From Victivallaceae bacterium (GTDB lineage: Bacteria; Verrucomicrobiota; Lentisphaeria; Victivallales; Victivallaceae), in NCBI GenBank assembly GCA_045635285.1, contig JAZRBX010000120.1, positions 1 through 34,367 of the forward strand: DNA of 34,367 nt. The letters run 5' to 3'. How positions within the stretch are numbered: the stretch's first letter is position 1; the number at the start of each line of letters is the position of its first letter. Positions 16,572 through 25,632 of the stretch are shown one piece after another. The notes beneath the pieces are model-generated. The model was not told the origin of the DNA. It searched no databases and saw only the letters and a list, made by a program, of their open reading frames with translations. The position numbers and the translations under genes were made by a program.

Positions 16572-18188
16572 ATGAAAAAAATAATCTTTTTGGCATCGAT
16601 TCTGTTAACTGCTGCTGTATATGCAGAAAATCTGCTGCCGTCTTTTGATCAATGGCGTCATACCGGTCCCGGTGTCTTCAAATGGAACGGCGGACAGCTT
16701 GCTGCCGAACATAAAGGAGGAAGCAGTAATGAAGCCGCTCTGGTAAGAAATATTTCTATTGACGGTGAAGGTTATTATGTAATGAAGGGCAAAGTCAAAA
16801 GAGTTGATGAAAAATCCGTTCCTGCCATTTATTTTATCAGCCGTACCGAGAAAAAAGGCTGGATTTTTCAGTATAACGCATACGACGCTTTGAATGCAAA
16901 GGTCGGAGAATGGACAGATTTTGCAATTCGTGCTTATATGCCCAATATCGCAAAAATTCTTGAAGTCGGTGTCGGATGTAAGAACGGTAAAGTTGAAGTA
17001 AAAGACCTTGTTCTTGAAAAAACTGATGCAAAAAATCGTGCTGACAATGCTCCCTCTGCTGAATACTGGATCAATATGGACTTCGGAGATGAAGTTGTTT
17101 ACAGTAAAAATATCGGTATTGATTTGTACGGCGAAAAGGCTATCGAACAGTTTTTCAAAAAATGCAAAGCCGCCAAAGTTACCGGTGTTTTGTGGCGTGT
17201 TTCCGAGTTCGGTCAGATGCTTTATTACAGCAAAGGTGCCGCAACCGTTTATCCCGGCAAGATGCCTTATGATAAACTTCCTGAACATCTGAAAAAAATG
17301 GCTGTCATCATGCAGTTTATCGACCCGCTTGCCGTCGCTGTTCGTGAAGCAAAAAAGAACGGCATCAAACTCTTTATTTGGATGACTCTCTCCGATGAGG
17401 GGTACAAGCGTGAAATCCCCAATTACGCTTTCCCCGAATTTCTGCTCAAAAACCCCGATTGCCACATGCTTGACAAAGAGGGAAAACCCTGGTACGGCAC
17501 TATCTGTTACAGCGAACCAAAATCCAGAGAATACAGACTTAATATTGTTAAAGAATTGGTCGAATACGGAGCAGACGGGCTTTATCTCTGCACCCGTTCA
17601 CACTGTTTCACTTTCGGTAATGACAAAGATGAACGCTACGGCTACAACAAAGCCATCGTTGATGAATATCAGAAACGCTACGGCGTAAACATCCTCAAAG
17701 AAGATTTTGACAAGAAAAAATGGTACGAACTCCGTGCCGAAGGTATTGATATTCTCATCGAAGAAATCAGCAAAATCGTCAAAGCCAAAAATCAGGAGAT
17801 CATGCTCGGCGTTTCCAGTACTTCCATCTCCAACGGCCGCTGGGAAAATAACTGGGGCGACAAAGTTCCGCTGCATTGGCAGAAATATTTGCAGAACGGC
17901 TGGATCGACCACATCCTTGCCGGTCAGTACAAAGTCGGTAATTATTGGATCGGCAGAGAAACCAACCGTTTCAAATCTGCCGCACTGCCGCACAATAAAT
18001 TGTATTTCTGGGCGCAGATGATTGAATACGGTAAAGGTGTCTACACCCTTGATCAGTTGAAAAATCAGGCAGAAGCTATCGTTTTTCACGGAGCAAACGG
18101 CGGTATGTATCATGAGGCAATCAATATGGAAGAGCAGGTCGAAAGCGTCATGAAACCGCTCGGAGAATGGTACAGCAAACAAAAGTAA
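16572..18188 (+). CDS. Secreted CBM-like plus GH-like TIM-barrel protein, paralog P4
   Basis: 538-aa ORF with an AAGGAGG RBS and a signal peptide (MKKIIFLASILLTAAVYA). It shares the family motifs (YWINMDF, DPLAVAVREAKKNGIKLFIWMTLSDEGY, EYGADGLYLCTRSHC, EYQKRYGVN). Confidence 0.8.
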   Translation: MKKIIFLASILLTAAVYAENLLPSFDQWRHTGPGVFKWNGGQLAAEHKGGSSNEAALVRNISIDGEGYYVMKGKVKRVDEKSVPAIYFISRTEKKGWIFQYNAYDALNAKVGEWTDFAIRAYMPNIAKILEVGVGCKNGKVEVKDLVLEKTDAKNRADNAPSAEYWINMDFGDEVVYSKNIGIDLYGEKAIEQFFKKCKAAKVTGVLWRVSEFGQMLYYSKGAATVYPGKMPYDKLPEHLKKMAVIMQFIDPLAVAVREAKKNGIKLFIWMTLSDEGYKREIPNYAFPEFLLKNPDCHMLDKEGKPWYGTICYSEPKSREYRLNIVKELVEYGADGLYLCTRSHCFTFGNDKDERYGYNKAIVDEYQKRYGVNILKEDFDKKKWYELRAEGIDILIEEISKIVKAKNQEIMLGVSSTSISNGRWENNWGDKVPLHWQKYLQNGWIDHILAGQYKVGNYWIGRETNRFKSAALPHNKLYFWAQMIEYGKGVYTLDQLKNQAEAIVFHGANGGMYHEAINMEEQVESVMKPLGEWYSKQK

Positions 18189-18226
18189 TTCCAAGTATTA
18201 TATAAATTTTGAAAGAAAGAGCATTT

Positions 18227-19993
18227 ATGTCAGAAAAACCGATTCTTCTGCCGATTCCGACCTGTATGATTTGCGGGGAGGGATATGTAAGCAATGAAAT
18301 TTTGAACAGCAATCCCGAAGTTTCATTTGATGATTCATTGAATGAACAGGGCTATAAGCTCAATATTTCAGCGAACGGAATAAAAGTCATTGCTGCCGAC
18401 AAAGCAGGGGCATTTTATGCGGAGCAAACTTTGAAACAGCTTCGCTTCCAGTACAAAAACAATGACTGCCCCGAACTTGATATTGATGATTATCCGCTGC
18501 TTAAAAACCGTATTTGCAGTCTTGATTTCAGCCGTGATAAAAATATGGCATTTGAAGATTTGCTCAAATTCGTCGATCTTATTGCAAGCTGGAAATTTAA
18601 TTATTTCACACTCTATTTTGAACATACTTTCGCTTTCAAAGGTCACGAAAAAGTCTGGGGCGATGCTTCCCCTTTGACCGCTGAACAGGTGCGTGAACTT
18701 GATAAATACTGCCGTGAACGCTTCGTTGAACTCATCCCCAAGCAGAATACTCTCGGCCACATGGAACGCTGGCTCATGCATGAACCTTACCGTCAGATGG
18801 CTGAATGTCCGGAGGGGGTGCGTTCATCATGGCAGCTTGAACCGGACGGACCGTTTTCATTCTGCCCGACTGATCCCAAAGCTGCAGAATTTATCAAAGG
18901 TCTGCTGGATGAACTTCTCCCCAATTACACATCCGAATTTGTTTGTGCCGGCGGCGATGAAACTTACGACATCGGTCTTGGAAGAAGCAAAGAAGCCTGT
19001 GAAAAATACGGTAAGGAAAAAATTTACGGCGACTGGTTTAAAATGATTTCCTCTGTTGTAAAAAAATACGGACGCTCACTTTTCATTGCCAGCGATATGG
19101 TCAAAAATAATCCCGATGCGGTTGCTATGATCCCCGAAGATACGCTTCTCGGTGAATGGGGTTACGGCAGAGAATATCCTTTTGAAGAAAATGTAAAAAC
19201 ATACGCACATTTGGGCAGACGCTTCGGCATTTCTGCTTCAAACAGCAATTACAGCTGTATCTGCGGCAGAACCTACCGCTGGAGAGGCAATATTCTGAAT
19301 GCTGCAAAAGCAGCGGTCAAAACCAAGGCGTATTTTGTCGGATGCAGTGAATTCGGTGATTTCGGTTACTGGACGCAGTTCTCATTTTCAAAAATTGCTT
19401 TCGCCTATGCGGCGGCAGTTTACTGGAATGTCGAAACAAATGAAAATACCGACATTGCCGAGGCTGCAGATATGTTCATTTATATGGCGGAGGGGGCAGG
19501 GGACTTTATCCTTGATCTTGGCAAACTTTACATTCATACAGCCACTGAAGATGACCACGATGCTCTCTGCTGGATGTTCTACTACCGTTACCGCCGCAAG
19601 GGCGAAGCCCCGACCGAAAATGTTACGCTTGACGGTCTGGCAAAAACTGAAGAGGATGTCATTTCACTGCGTTACCGCCTCAACCGCATGAAAAATTTCC
19701 CTGTTGATTTGAAAGAGGAAGTTGAAGCAGCCCTTAAATTTCAGGAGTTTGCCATCCATGTCTGCCGTGAATGGTTCATGGACGACAGAGCGCAGTATCT
19801 TTTTGAAATGCTGCCGTCAACACAGCACAAACTTGCTCCTGAATTTGAGGATGTCATCCGCACATTGCTCAAAGTCCGTGATGCGCGTTATCCGTCAGGC
19901 GGCAGAAAAATTGCTCTGCACTGGATGAAGCGTTACTGGATGACGGTCTGTTCTGTTGTGCCGTTCCCTGAATTTCCTTATCCGCAACAATAA
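18227..19993 (+). CDS. GH20 family beta-N-acetylhexosaminidase-like enzyme, no signal peptide
   Basis: The start is set at the ATG at 18227 (the ORF track begins at a TTG at 18209). There is a GH20b-like N-domain (GYKLNISANGIKVIAADKAGAFYAEQTLKQL), then IDDYPLLKNR..LDFSR, and a catalytic-type motif FVCAGGDETYD (compare H-x-G-G-D-E of GH20). Confidence 0.75.
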   Translation: MSEKPILLPIPTCMICGEGYVSNEILNSNPEVSFDDSLNEQGYKLNISANGIKVIAADKAGAFYAEQTLKQLRFQYKNNDCPELDIDDYPLLKNRICSLDFSRDKNMAFEDLLKFVDLIASWKFNYFTLYFEHTFAFKGHEKVWGDASPLTAEQVRELDKYCRERFVELIPKQNTLGHMERWLMHEPYRQMAECPEGVRSSWQLEPDGPFSFCPTDPKAAEFIKGLLDELLPNYTSEFVCAGGDETYDIGLGRSKEACEKYGKEKIYGDWFKMISSVVKKYGRSLFIASDMVKNNPDAVAMIPEDTLLGEWGYGREYPFEENVKTYAHLGRRFGISASNSNYSCICGRTYRWRGNILNAAKAAVKTKAYFVGCSEFGDFGYWTQFSFSKIAFAYAAAVYWNVETNENTDIAEAADMFIYMAEGAGDFILDLGKLYIHTATEDDHDALCWMFYYRYRRKGEAPTENVTLDGLAKTEEDVISLRYRLNRMKNFPVDLKEEVEAALKFQEFAIHVCREWFMDDRAQYLFEMLPSTQHKLAPEFEDVIRTLLKVRDARYPSGGRKIALHWMKRYWMTVCSVVPFPEFPYPQQ

Positions 19994-20059
19994 ATATCGA
20001 AACAAAATCACCGTATTTTGTGCTGTAAAAAGACGATATTTATAAAATTCAAAACAAAA

Positions 20060-20105
20060 ACACTATTTTTTGAAGAGTTTTTTGAAAAAAATAGTGTTTT
20101 TTTTG
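20060..20105 (+). terminator. Rho-independent terminator
   Basis: Stem acactatttttt (20060-20071) / aaaaaatagtgt (20086-20097), followed by TTTTTTTT. Confidence 0.7.
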
Positions 20106-20125
20106 TTATAAGTGCCGTAAAAAGT

Positions 20126-20154
20126 TTGAATTATAGTGTTTGAGGTGTTATTAT
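20126..20154 (+). promoter_or_regulatory. Sigma70-like promoter (extended -10) for the symporter operon
   Basis: TTGAAT (20126-20131), a 17-nt spacer ending in TGt, then TATTAT (20149-20154). It implies a leader of about 175 nt. Confidence 0.45.
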
Positions 20155-20332
20155 ACAGAAATGTATATTGCATAAAATGTGTTTTTTATGTATCGTTTTG
20201 ATACTCAAAAACTTATAAATGCAATAGTTGTTTTTGCGTTTTGATGTGCGTTTAAAAGTATCACAAAACGGTAATTAATTTGAGTTTATTAACGGTTAGG
20301 TCATAACACTAAACAAGAAAGGAAACAATGTA

Positions 20333-22306
20333 ATGACTTTGACAAAAGAAATGGCAGATTGGATCAATTACGGTGTTATCGCACTGTATACATTGGTCGT
20401 AATCGGTATCGGTATCTATTTCTCCCGTGAGAAAAAAGATTCTGAAACTTATCTCCTCGGCGGACGCACAATGCCCTCATGGGCAATCGGTCTCGCCTGT
20501 ATGATGTCGCTTTTCAGCTCCATCTCAATCGTTATGGTTCCGGGCGAAATCTTCAACAACAGTATGACTTTGTTCTTCATCAGCGGATTTTTCGGACCGC
20601 TGCTGGTCATTCCCTGTTATTTGCTTTTTGCTCGCTTCTATTTCCAGCTGGGCAGCTTTACTCCCTATGAGTATCTGGAATACCGTTATGACAGCAATGT
20701 CCGTGCAGTTGTTGCGATTTCCTCTTTCTTTACCCGTGTTATTTATATCGGTATGGTGCTTTATACATCTGCCAAGATTTTTGAAGGCGGTTATGGCTGG
20801 GCTCCGTGGTTTTCAATTCTGCTGGTCGCAGTTGTCGGTGTTGCATGTTGTTTCATCGGCGGCAGCAAAGCAGTTGTCTGGACTGATGTTTTTCAGGCTC
20901 TCATCACTTTCGGTGGTTTGCTTGCAGTTGTGCTTATGCTCTGCTGGAAGATCGGAGTCAGCGTTTCCGCAGAGGACACCAATGCTTTCGTTAAATTCAT
21001 TGAAGGTATCGGTTCCGCAGTAAGCGTTGCTCATCAGGACGGTCATCTTATTCCTGACTTTGCCAACAAAGAATTTTATACCTTTACTCCTTATTATCGC
21101 TTGCTCTTTATCCTGCTGCTCTGGGGAACTATTTCAACACATATTACCAATGCATCCAGCGATCAGGTTACTGTTCAGCGTATTTTGAGTACCAAAGACT
21201 GGAAAGCCGGTTTGAAGGCTCAGGTTATGTCTACTGCTTCCGGTTTGATTTTCATGATCTTTTTGTACTTCATCGGTCTTGCTCTCTATACTTATTACAA
21301 ATTCAATCCTGACAGTGAAATCTTCGTCGGCAGCGGCAAAGGTGATATGGCATTCTTCCACTTTGTTTCAACTTTCATGCCGGTCGGTCTTGCAGGTTTG
21401 TTTATGGCAGCTATGCTTGCCGCTATCATGAGTACCGTCAGCGGTGTTACCAACTCCATGGCGGCCGTCTGGCTGAAAGAATTCCATGCCAAGTTCGTTA
21501 ACAAAAATATGAATGACCAGCAGGAATTCAAAATCCTTCGTTGGGCAACTCTGATCATCGGTGCTTTCGGTATCGCAGTTGCTCTCGGTATGGAATTTGC
21601 CGGTAAATGGCTGCAGCAGTCAGTTTCCGAAGTTTCCACTATTTTTTGGGTTCTCGGTGCCGCTGTTCTTCCTGCGTTTTTGTTTGCAGTTTTCTCCAAA
21701 CGTGCCAACTCAAAAATCATTTGGGCGTACACTTTCCTCGCATTCGGTGAAACTGTTGCCTACAACTGCTGGTACGCCATGTCCAAAGATTCTCTTCTGG
21801 CATGGGAAGGCGCAGCTAAAGAAAAAGGTATTGAACTTGCAAAAGCCGCCGGTCAGGTCATCGGTGATAAACTTTCTCCTGAACAGACAGCTGATCTGAT
21901 CAATGCCGGTGCTTCTTATGCAACTGAAACTGTCGGTTTCGGCTGGGCAGGCAAACTTGACATTTATTATGTCTGGATCTGGCTCGTTCCCGCAATCGTT
22001 CTGTTGATTCCTTACCTCATCAAAGCATGGCGCAACAAATGGCAGGCTAAATTGTCCGCTTTGATCGCCTTTATCTTCTTCGGCGTTCTTGAAGTTATGA
22101 TCACCTGGTGGGCATACAGCAACTACTGCATTGAGGACAGACCTCTTGCCCGCAGCTTCCAGTTCTCCATTCCCGCAGGTTTGATCATTGCTGCTATCGC
22201 TTTGAGATTCTTCCCTGTTCAGGCCAAGAAAAAATGGCAGGGACTTACAATTTTCACCGTCAATGAATCCGTTATCAAAGACGATGAAGAAGCTAAAGAG
22301 GTTTGA
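20333..22306 (+). CDS. Sodium:solute symporter (SSS) family transporter with extended C-terminus
   Basis: 657-aa polytopic ORF. It has the SSS-type N-terminal motif YLLGGRTMPSWAIGLACMMSLFSSISIVMVPGE. There are many TM helices, plus a soluble insert of about 60 aa and extra helices near the C-terminus. Confidence 0.85.
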   Translation: MTLTKEMADWINYGVIALYTLVVIGIGIYFSREKKDSETYLLGGRTMPSWAIGLACMMSLFSSISIVMVPGEIFNNSMTLFFISGFFGPLLVIPCYLLFARFYFQLGSFTPYEYLEYRYDSNVRAVVAISSFFTRVIYIGMVLYTSAKIFEGGYGWAPWFSILLVAVVGVACCFIGGSKAVVWTDVFQALITFGGLLAVVLMLCWKIGVSVSAEDTNAFVKFIEGIGSAVSVAHQDGHLIPDFANKEFYTFTPYYRLLFILLLWGTISTHITNASSDQVTVQRILSTKDWKAGLKAQVMSTASGLIFMIFLYFIGLALYTYYKFNPDSEIFVGSGKGDMAFFHFVSTFMPVGLAGLFMAAMLAAIMSTVSGVTNSMAAVWLKEFHAKFVNKNMNDQQEFKILRWATLIIGAFGIAVALGMEFAGKWLQQSVSEVSTIFWVLGAAVLPAFLFAVFSKRANSKIIWAYTFLAFGETVAYNCWYAMSKDSLLAWEGAAKEKGIELAKAAGQVIGDKLSPEQTADLINAGASYATETVGFGWAGKLDIYYVWIWLVPAIVLLIPYLIKAWRNKWQAKLSALIAFIFFGVLEVMITWWAYSNYCIEDRPLARSFQFSIPAGLIIAAIALRFFPVQAKKKWQGLTIFTVNESVIKDDEEAKEV

Positions 22307-22314
22307 TAAACAAA

Positions 22315-24600
22315 ATGAAAAATAATTACGGCGAATTGAGCGTCGACGGCAGAATTCTGACCGTCAACTGTCAGGCAACTCCTTTCAACTGGGATAACTA
22401 TCTTTACAACCGCAAGGGTGATTTTTATTCCATTATCGGTCAGAATGGTGCCGGCGGTCTTTATTACAATCTTGAACGCAACATCGTTGCCAGAGGCAGA
22501 AACTTTCTGATTAAGTCAGCCAATGGCGACATCTGGTCAATCAACGGGGGCAACGCTCCCGTTGAAGCCGCAAAATCCTGTGTGAAACAGGAGCCCGGAT
22601 GCTCCACTTTTGAAGCAGAAAACAACAATATCAAAACTTCACTTGCCATCGCAGTTGATCCTGATGAATATGTGGAGGCAAATCTGCTCACTCTGGAAAA
22701 TACCGGTAAGGAAACTGAAAGTTTCGCCCTTACTGTATGCAGTTTCATCCGTTTGGAAGGACATGACAATTCACAGCAGCTTGACCAGACTTTTTACGAT
22801 GATGCAACAGGGGTGTTCACTCTTCGCCGTTATCACAGTGAAAGTGCCAAAAACCGTTACAGTGCATTTTTCGCACCTTCAATGAAAGCTGATTCATGGT
22901 GCGGTTCCGAAGAGGATTTCTACGGAGCAGATGTTCCGTTCCACCGTGCAAAGGCACTTTCCTCTGACAAATTGCCCGCAGTTCATGCTTATGCTTCTGT
23001 GCCGATTTTCGCATTGCGCTACAATCTGACCATCAAAGCCGGTGAAAAAATCACCATGCAGTTTATCCTCGGTATCACCGATACTGTCGAAGAGGCAAAA
23101 GCAGAGGGTATTGAATATCAGAAGAAAAACAATGCCGCCGAAATCATTCAGCGTGCCAGAACTTTCCATGCAGAACGTTTGGACTGCGGTTCAATTTCAA
23201 CTCCCAATGAAACTTTGAATGTCGCCTACAATGTCTGGACCAAACTTCAGCTCCTGAATCAGAATCAGAGCAAACGTTTGGGTACAATTCATAACTGGCG
23301 AAACAATATGCAGGACGGCAGCGGTGCATTGGTATTCGATCCCGCTTTCTCCCGCGAAAATCTCATCGAACTTGCCAAACTCACTTTAAAAGACGGATTT
23401 GTTCCGCGTTCAACTCCTAAAAATGCAGGTTCTTTCTCCGCACTTGCGGCAGAAAGCATGAAACAGCGGCACAATGATATTGGTACATGGTATGCTTTAA
23501 GTACCGCTGAATATATCCTTGAAACCGGCGATATTGCCATTCTGGATGAAAAAGTTTTTAATGCTGCACGCAATCGTGAAATCACTGTCTGCGATGCAGT
23601 TTGCGGCGGTTTGATCTGGACATTGACCCAGAGAGGTATGCACGGACTGGTCCGTTTTATGGACGGCGACTGGAGCGATCCTCTGGAAAAAGCAGGACGC
23701 AGAGGTATCGGAGAATCCGTTTGGACCTCCTTTGCGGTTATCAATGCAGTCCGCAAATTCACCCCCGTTCTCCGTGCTTACGGCGATTGCAAAATGGCTG
23801 ACCGTTTGACAGAAGCTGCCGATGAAGTTGCTGAATCTTTGATGAAAAACGCATGGGACGGCGATTGGTTCGTCCGCGGCATTACCGATGACGGTGTCAA
23901 ATTCTGTACTAAAAACGACAAAGATGCCAATATCAGTATGCTCGTTCAGTGCTTCGCCATCCTCTCTCATGTCGCAGAGGGAGATCTTGCCGCAAAACTT
24001 GTTAATGAACTTAAAACACGTAATCAGAGCCAGTACGGTCCGATGCTTTATTCTCCGCCGTTCCTTACTGAACGCGACGGTATCGGCCGCGAATCAGCCA
24101 AACAGCCCGGCTGCGGCGAAAACGGTTCATGCTATACCCATGGCTCAATGATGTACACTGCCGCCATGCTTGAAGCAGGCGATGTCGATGAAGCATTGAA
24201 AACTATGCTGCAAATGGTGCCGAGTGCGGAAGAGGAAGTTTGCGATGTTCGCTGGACTTCTCCGCTTTGGTGGTGCAATTATTATCAAAGCCCCTACGCC
24301 GGACATCCCGGCAGAGGCAGCAACATCATTTCCAGCGGTGCTCCCGCATGGTTCACTATGAATCTTGCCAACCGTTTCTTCGGTTTGAAGGCTCAACTTG
24401 ACGGTTTGAAAGTCGAACCGCAGTTCCCGTCTGCTTGGAATGAAGGTTCAATCGAACGTTTGTGGCGCGGTTCAAAATATATCGTCAATGTCAAACGCAC
24501 CGGCAGAAAATCTGTTAAAATGGACGGAGTTGAACTTGTTGACGGTATTATTCCGATCCCGACTGAAAACGGAATCCATAAAATCGATGTTGAAATTTGA
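22315..24600 (+). CDS. GH94-like glycoside phosphorylase (cellobiose/chitobiose phosphorylase fold), cytoplasmic
   Basis: The start is set at the ATG at 22315 (the ORF track begins at a TTG at 22303, overlapping the upstream stop). The N-terminus TPFNWDNYLYN...GAGGLYYN parallels TP.PW.NYLG...GGYSFY of GH94. GDWSDPLE...GESVWTSFA parallels the catalytic GDWND..N...GESVW. GENGSCYTHGSMMY parallels the phosphate-site ENGG.Y.HA..W. Confidence 0.75.
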   Translation: MKNNYGELSVDGRILTVNCQATPFNWDNYLYNRKGDFYSIIGQNGAGGLYYNLERNIVARGRNFLIKSANGDIWSINGGNAPVEAAKSCVKQEPGCSTFEAENNNIKTSLAIAVDPDEYVEANLLTLENTGKETESFALTVCSFIRLEGHDNSQQLDQTFYDDATGVFTLRRYHSESAKNRYSAFFAPSMKADSWCGSEEDFYGADVPFHRAKALSSDKLPAVHAYASVPIFALRYNLTIKAGEKITMQFILGITDTVEEAKAEGIEYQKKNNAAEIIQRARTFHAERLDCGSISTPNETLNVAYNVWTKLQLLNQNQSKRLGTIHNWRNNMQDGSGALVFDPAFSRENLIELAKLTLKDGFVPRSTPKNAGSFSALAAESMKQRHNDIGTWYALSTAEYILETGDIAILDEKVFNAARNREITVCDAVCGGLIWTLTQRGMHGLVRFMDGDWSDPLEKAGRRGIGESVWTSFAVINAVRKFTPVLRAYGDCKMADRLTEAADEVAESLMKNAWDGDWFVRGITDDGVKFCTKNDKDANISMLVQCFAILSHVAEGDLAAKLVNELKTRNQSQYGPMLYSPPFLTERDGIGRESAKQPGCGENGSCYTHGSMMYTAAMLEAGDVDEALKTMLQMVPSAEEEVCDVRWTSPLWWCNYYQSPYAGHPGRGSNIISSGAPAWFTMNLANRFFGLKAQLDGLKVEPQFPSAWNEGSIERLWRGSKYIVNVKRTGRKSVKMDGVELVDGIIPIPTENGIHKIDVEI

Positions 24601-24608
24601 GGTTTTAA

Positions 24609-25424
24609 ATGGGACGAAGATTTTTGGTTATTGTTGCGCATCCCGATGATGCGGAGTTTGAATTCGGCGGTACAGCTTTAAAACTTGCCGCCAAAGGTGA
24701 TCAGGTCAAATTTATTTCAGTCTGCAACGGCGATCATGGTCATCATGCAATGGAGCGTAAGGAACTTGCCGCCCGCCGTTATCTGGAAACTCAGGCTTCG
24801 GCAAAAATTTCCGGTGTTGTCGAGTATGAAGTTTTTGATATTTCCGATTGTAATCTTGAAGTTACATTGGAAAATCGTGAGCGTATCATGCGGGCGATCC
24901 GTAAATTTCAGCCTGATGTTGTCATAAGTCATCGTACTTGTGATTATCATGCAGATCATCGCAATGTGGCACAGCTGGTGCAGGATTGTGCATATCTGGT
25001 TATGGTGCCGCTCTATTGTCCTGATGTTCCTGTTCCTCCGCAGAATCCGGTTTTTGCATTTTGCTGGGACAAATTTATCGATCCCCGTCCGTTCCGATTT
25101 GATGTGGCAGTGCCGATCGACGATGTGCTGGAAAAGAAATATCAGCTGATGAACTGTCATGCATCGCAGGTTTATGAATGGCTGCCTCATATCAATAAAT
25201 TTACCGATTTTGAAATCGGCAAAGAGTATACATGGGAAGAAAAACGGGCTTATCTTTCCCGCCACTGGGGCGCGCGTTACGAACTGTGCGCAGAGCAGGG
25301 CAGAGAAATGCTGATAAAACTTTTCGGTGAAAAAGGTAAAAAATTTACCCAGGCTGAAGGTTTTGAAATTTCTCCCTATGGCAGACAGGTATCTGTTGAG
25401 GAGTTCCAATCCTATTTTCTCTGA
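24609..25424 (+). CDS. PIG-L / LmbE family N-acetylglucosaminyl deacetylase
   Basis: 271-aa ORF with the motifs VIVAHPDDAEFEFGGT and DYHADH. It lies 8 nt after the phosphorylase gene and has a GAGG RBS. Confidence 0.85.
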   Translation: MGRRFLVIVAHPDDAEFEFGGTALKLAAKGDQVKFISVCNGDHGHHAMERKELAARRYLETQASAKISGVVEYEVFDISDCNLEVTLENRERIMRAIRKFQPDVVISHRTCDYHADHRNVAQLVQDCAYLVMVPLYCPDVPVPPQNPVFAFCWDKFIDPRPFRFDVAVPIDDVLEKKYQLMNCHASQVYEWLPHINKFTDFEIGKEYTWEEKRAYLSRHWGARYELCAEQGREMLIKLFGEKGKKFTQAEGFEISPYGRQVSVEEFQSYFL

Positions 25425-25449
25425 AATATCAATCATTAAAAAAATACAG

Positions 25450-25490
25450 GAATTGCTTTTGTTGCAGAAATGAGAGCAATTCTTTTTTTT
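25450..25490 (+). terminator. Rho-independent terminator
   Basis: Stem gaattgct (25450-25457) / agcaattc (25475-25482), 17-nt loop, then TTTTTTTT. Confidence 0.5.
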
Positions 25491-25552
25491 GCCGTTTCAG
25501 AAATGTATTTTCGGGATATTGAGAGAAAATGCATACTATTTTTCAAAAAAGT

Positions 25553-25580
25553 TTGCTTTTTACCTGAAGAGTGATATATT
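25553..25580 (+). promoter_or_regulatory. Sigma70-like promoter (extended -10) for the GntR gene
   Basis: TTGCTT (25553-25558), a 16-nt spacer ending in TGa, then TATATT (25575-25580). Confidence 0.4.
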
Positions 25581-25632
25581 AGATGAAAAATAAAGCTAAA
25601 AATACAGCAAAAAAAGGAAAAAAGTTCATAAA

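Noticed and set aside
16605-17465. 286-aa minus-strand ORF, plus similar long antisense ORFs at 8058-8855, 6749-7441, 11684-12331, 13135-13779 and 17598-18194
   Set aside because: All are nested antisense within well-supported plus-strand genes and have low-complexity or odd composition. I treated them as shadow ORFs.
18209-18226. TTG start for GH20 (and the TTG start at 22303 for the phosphorylase)
   Set aside because: In-frame ATG codons with purine-rich RBS-like sequences lie 18 nt (18227) and 12 nt (22315) downstream. The choice is not certain but affects only 4-6 residues.
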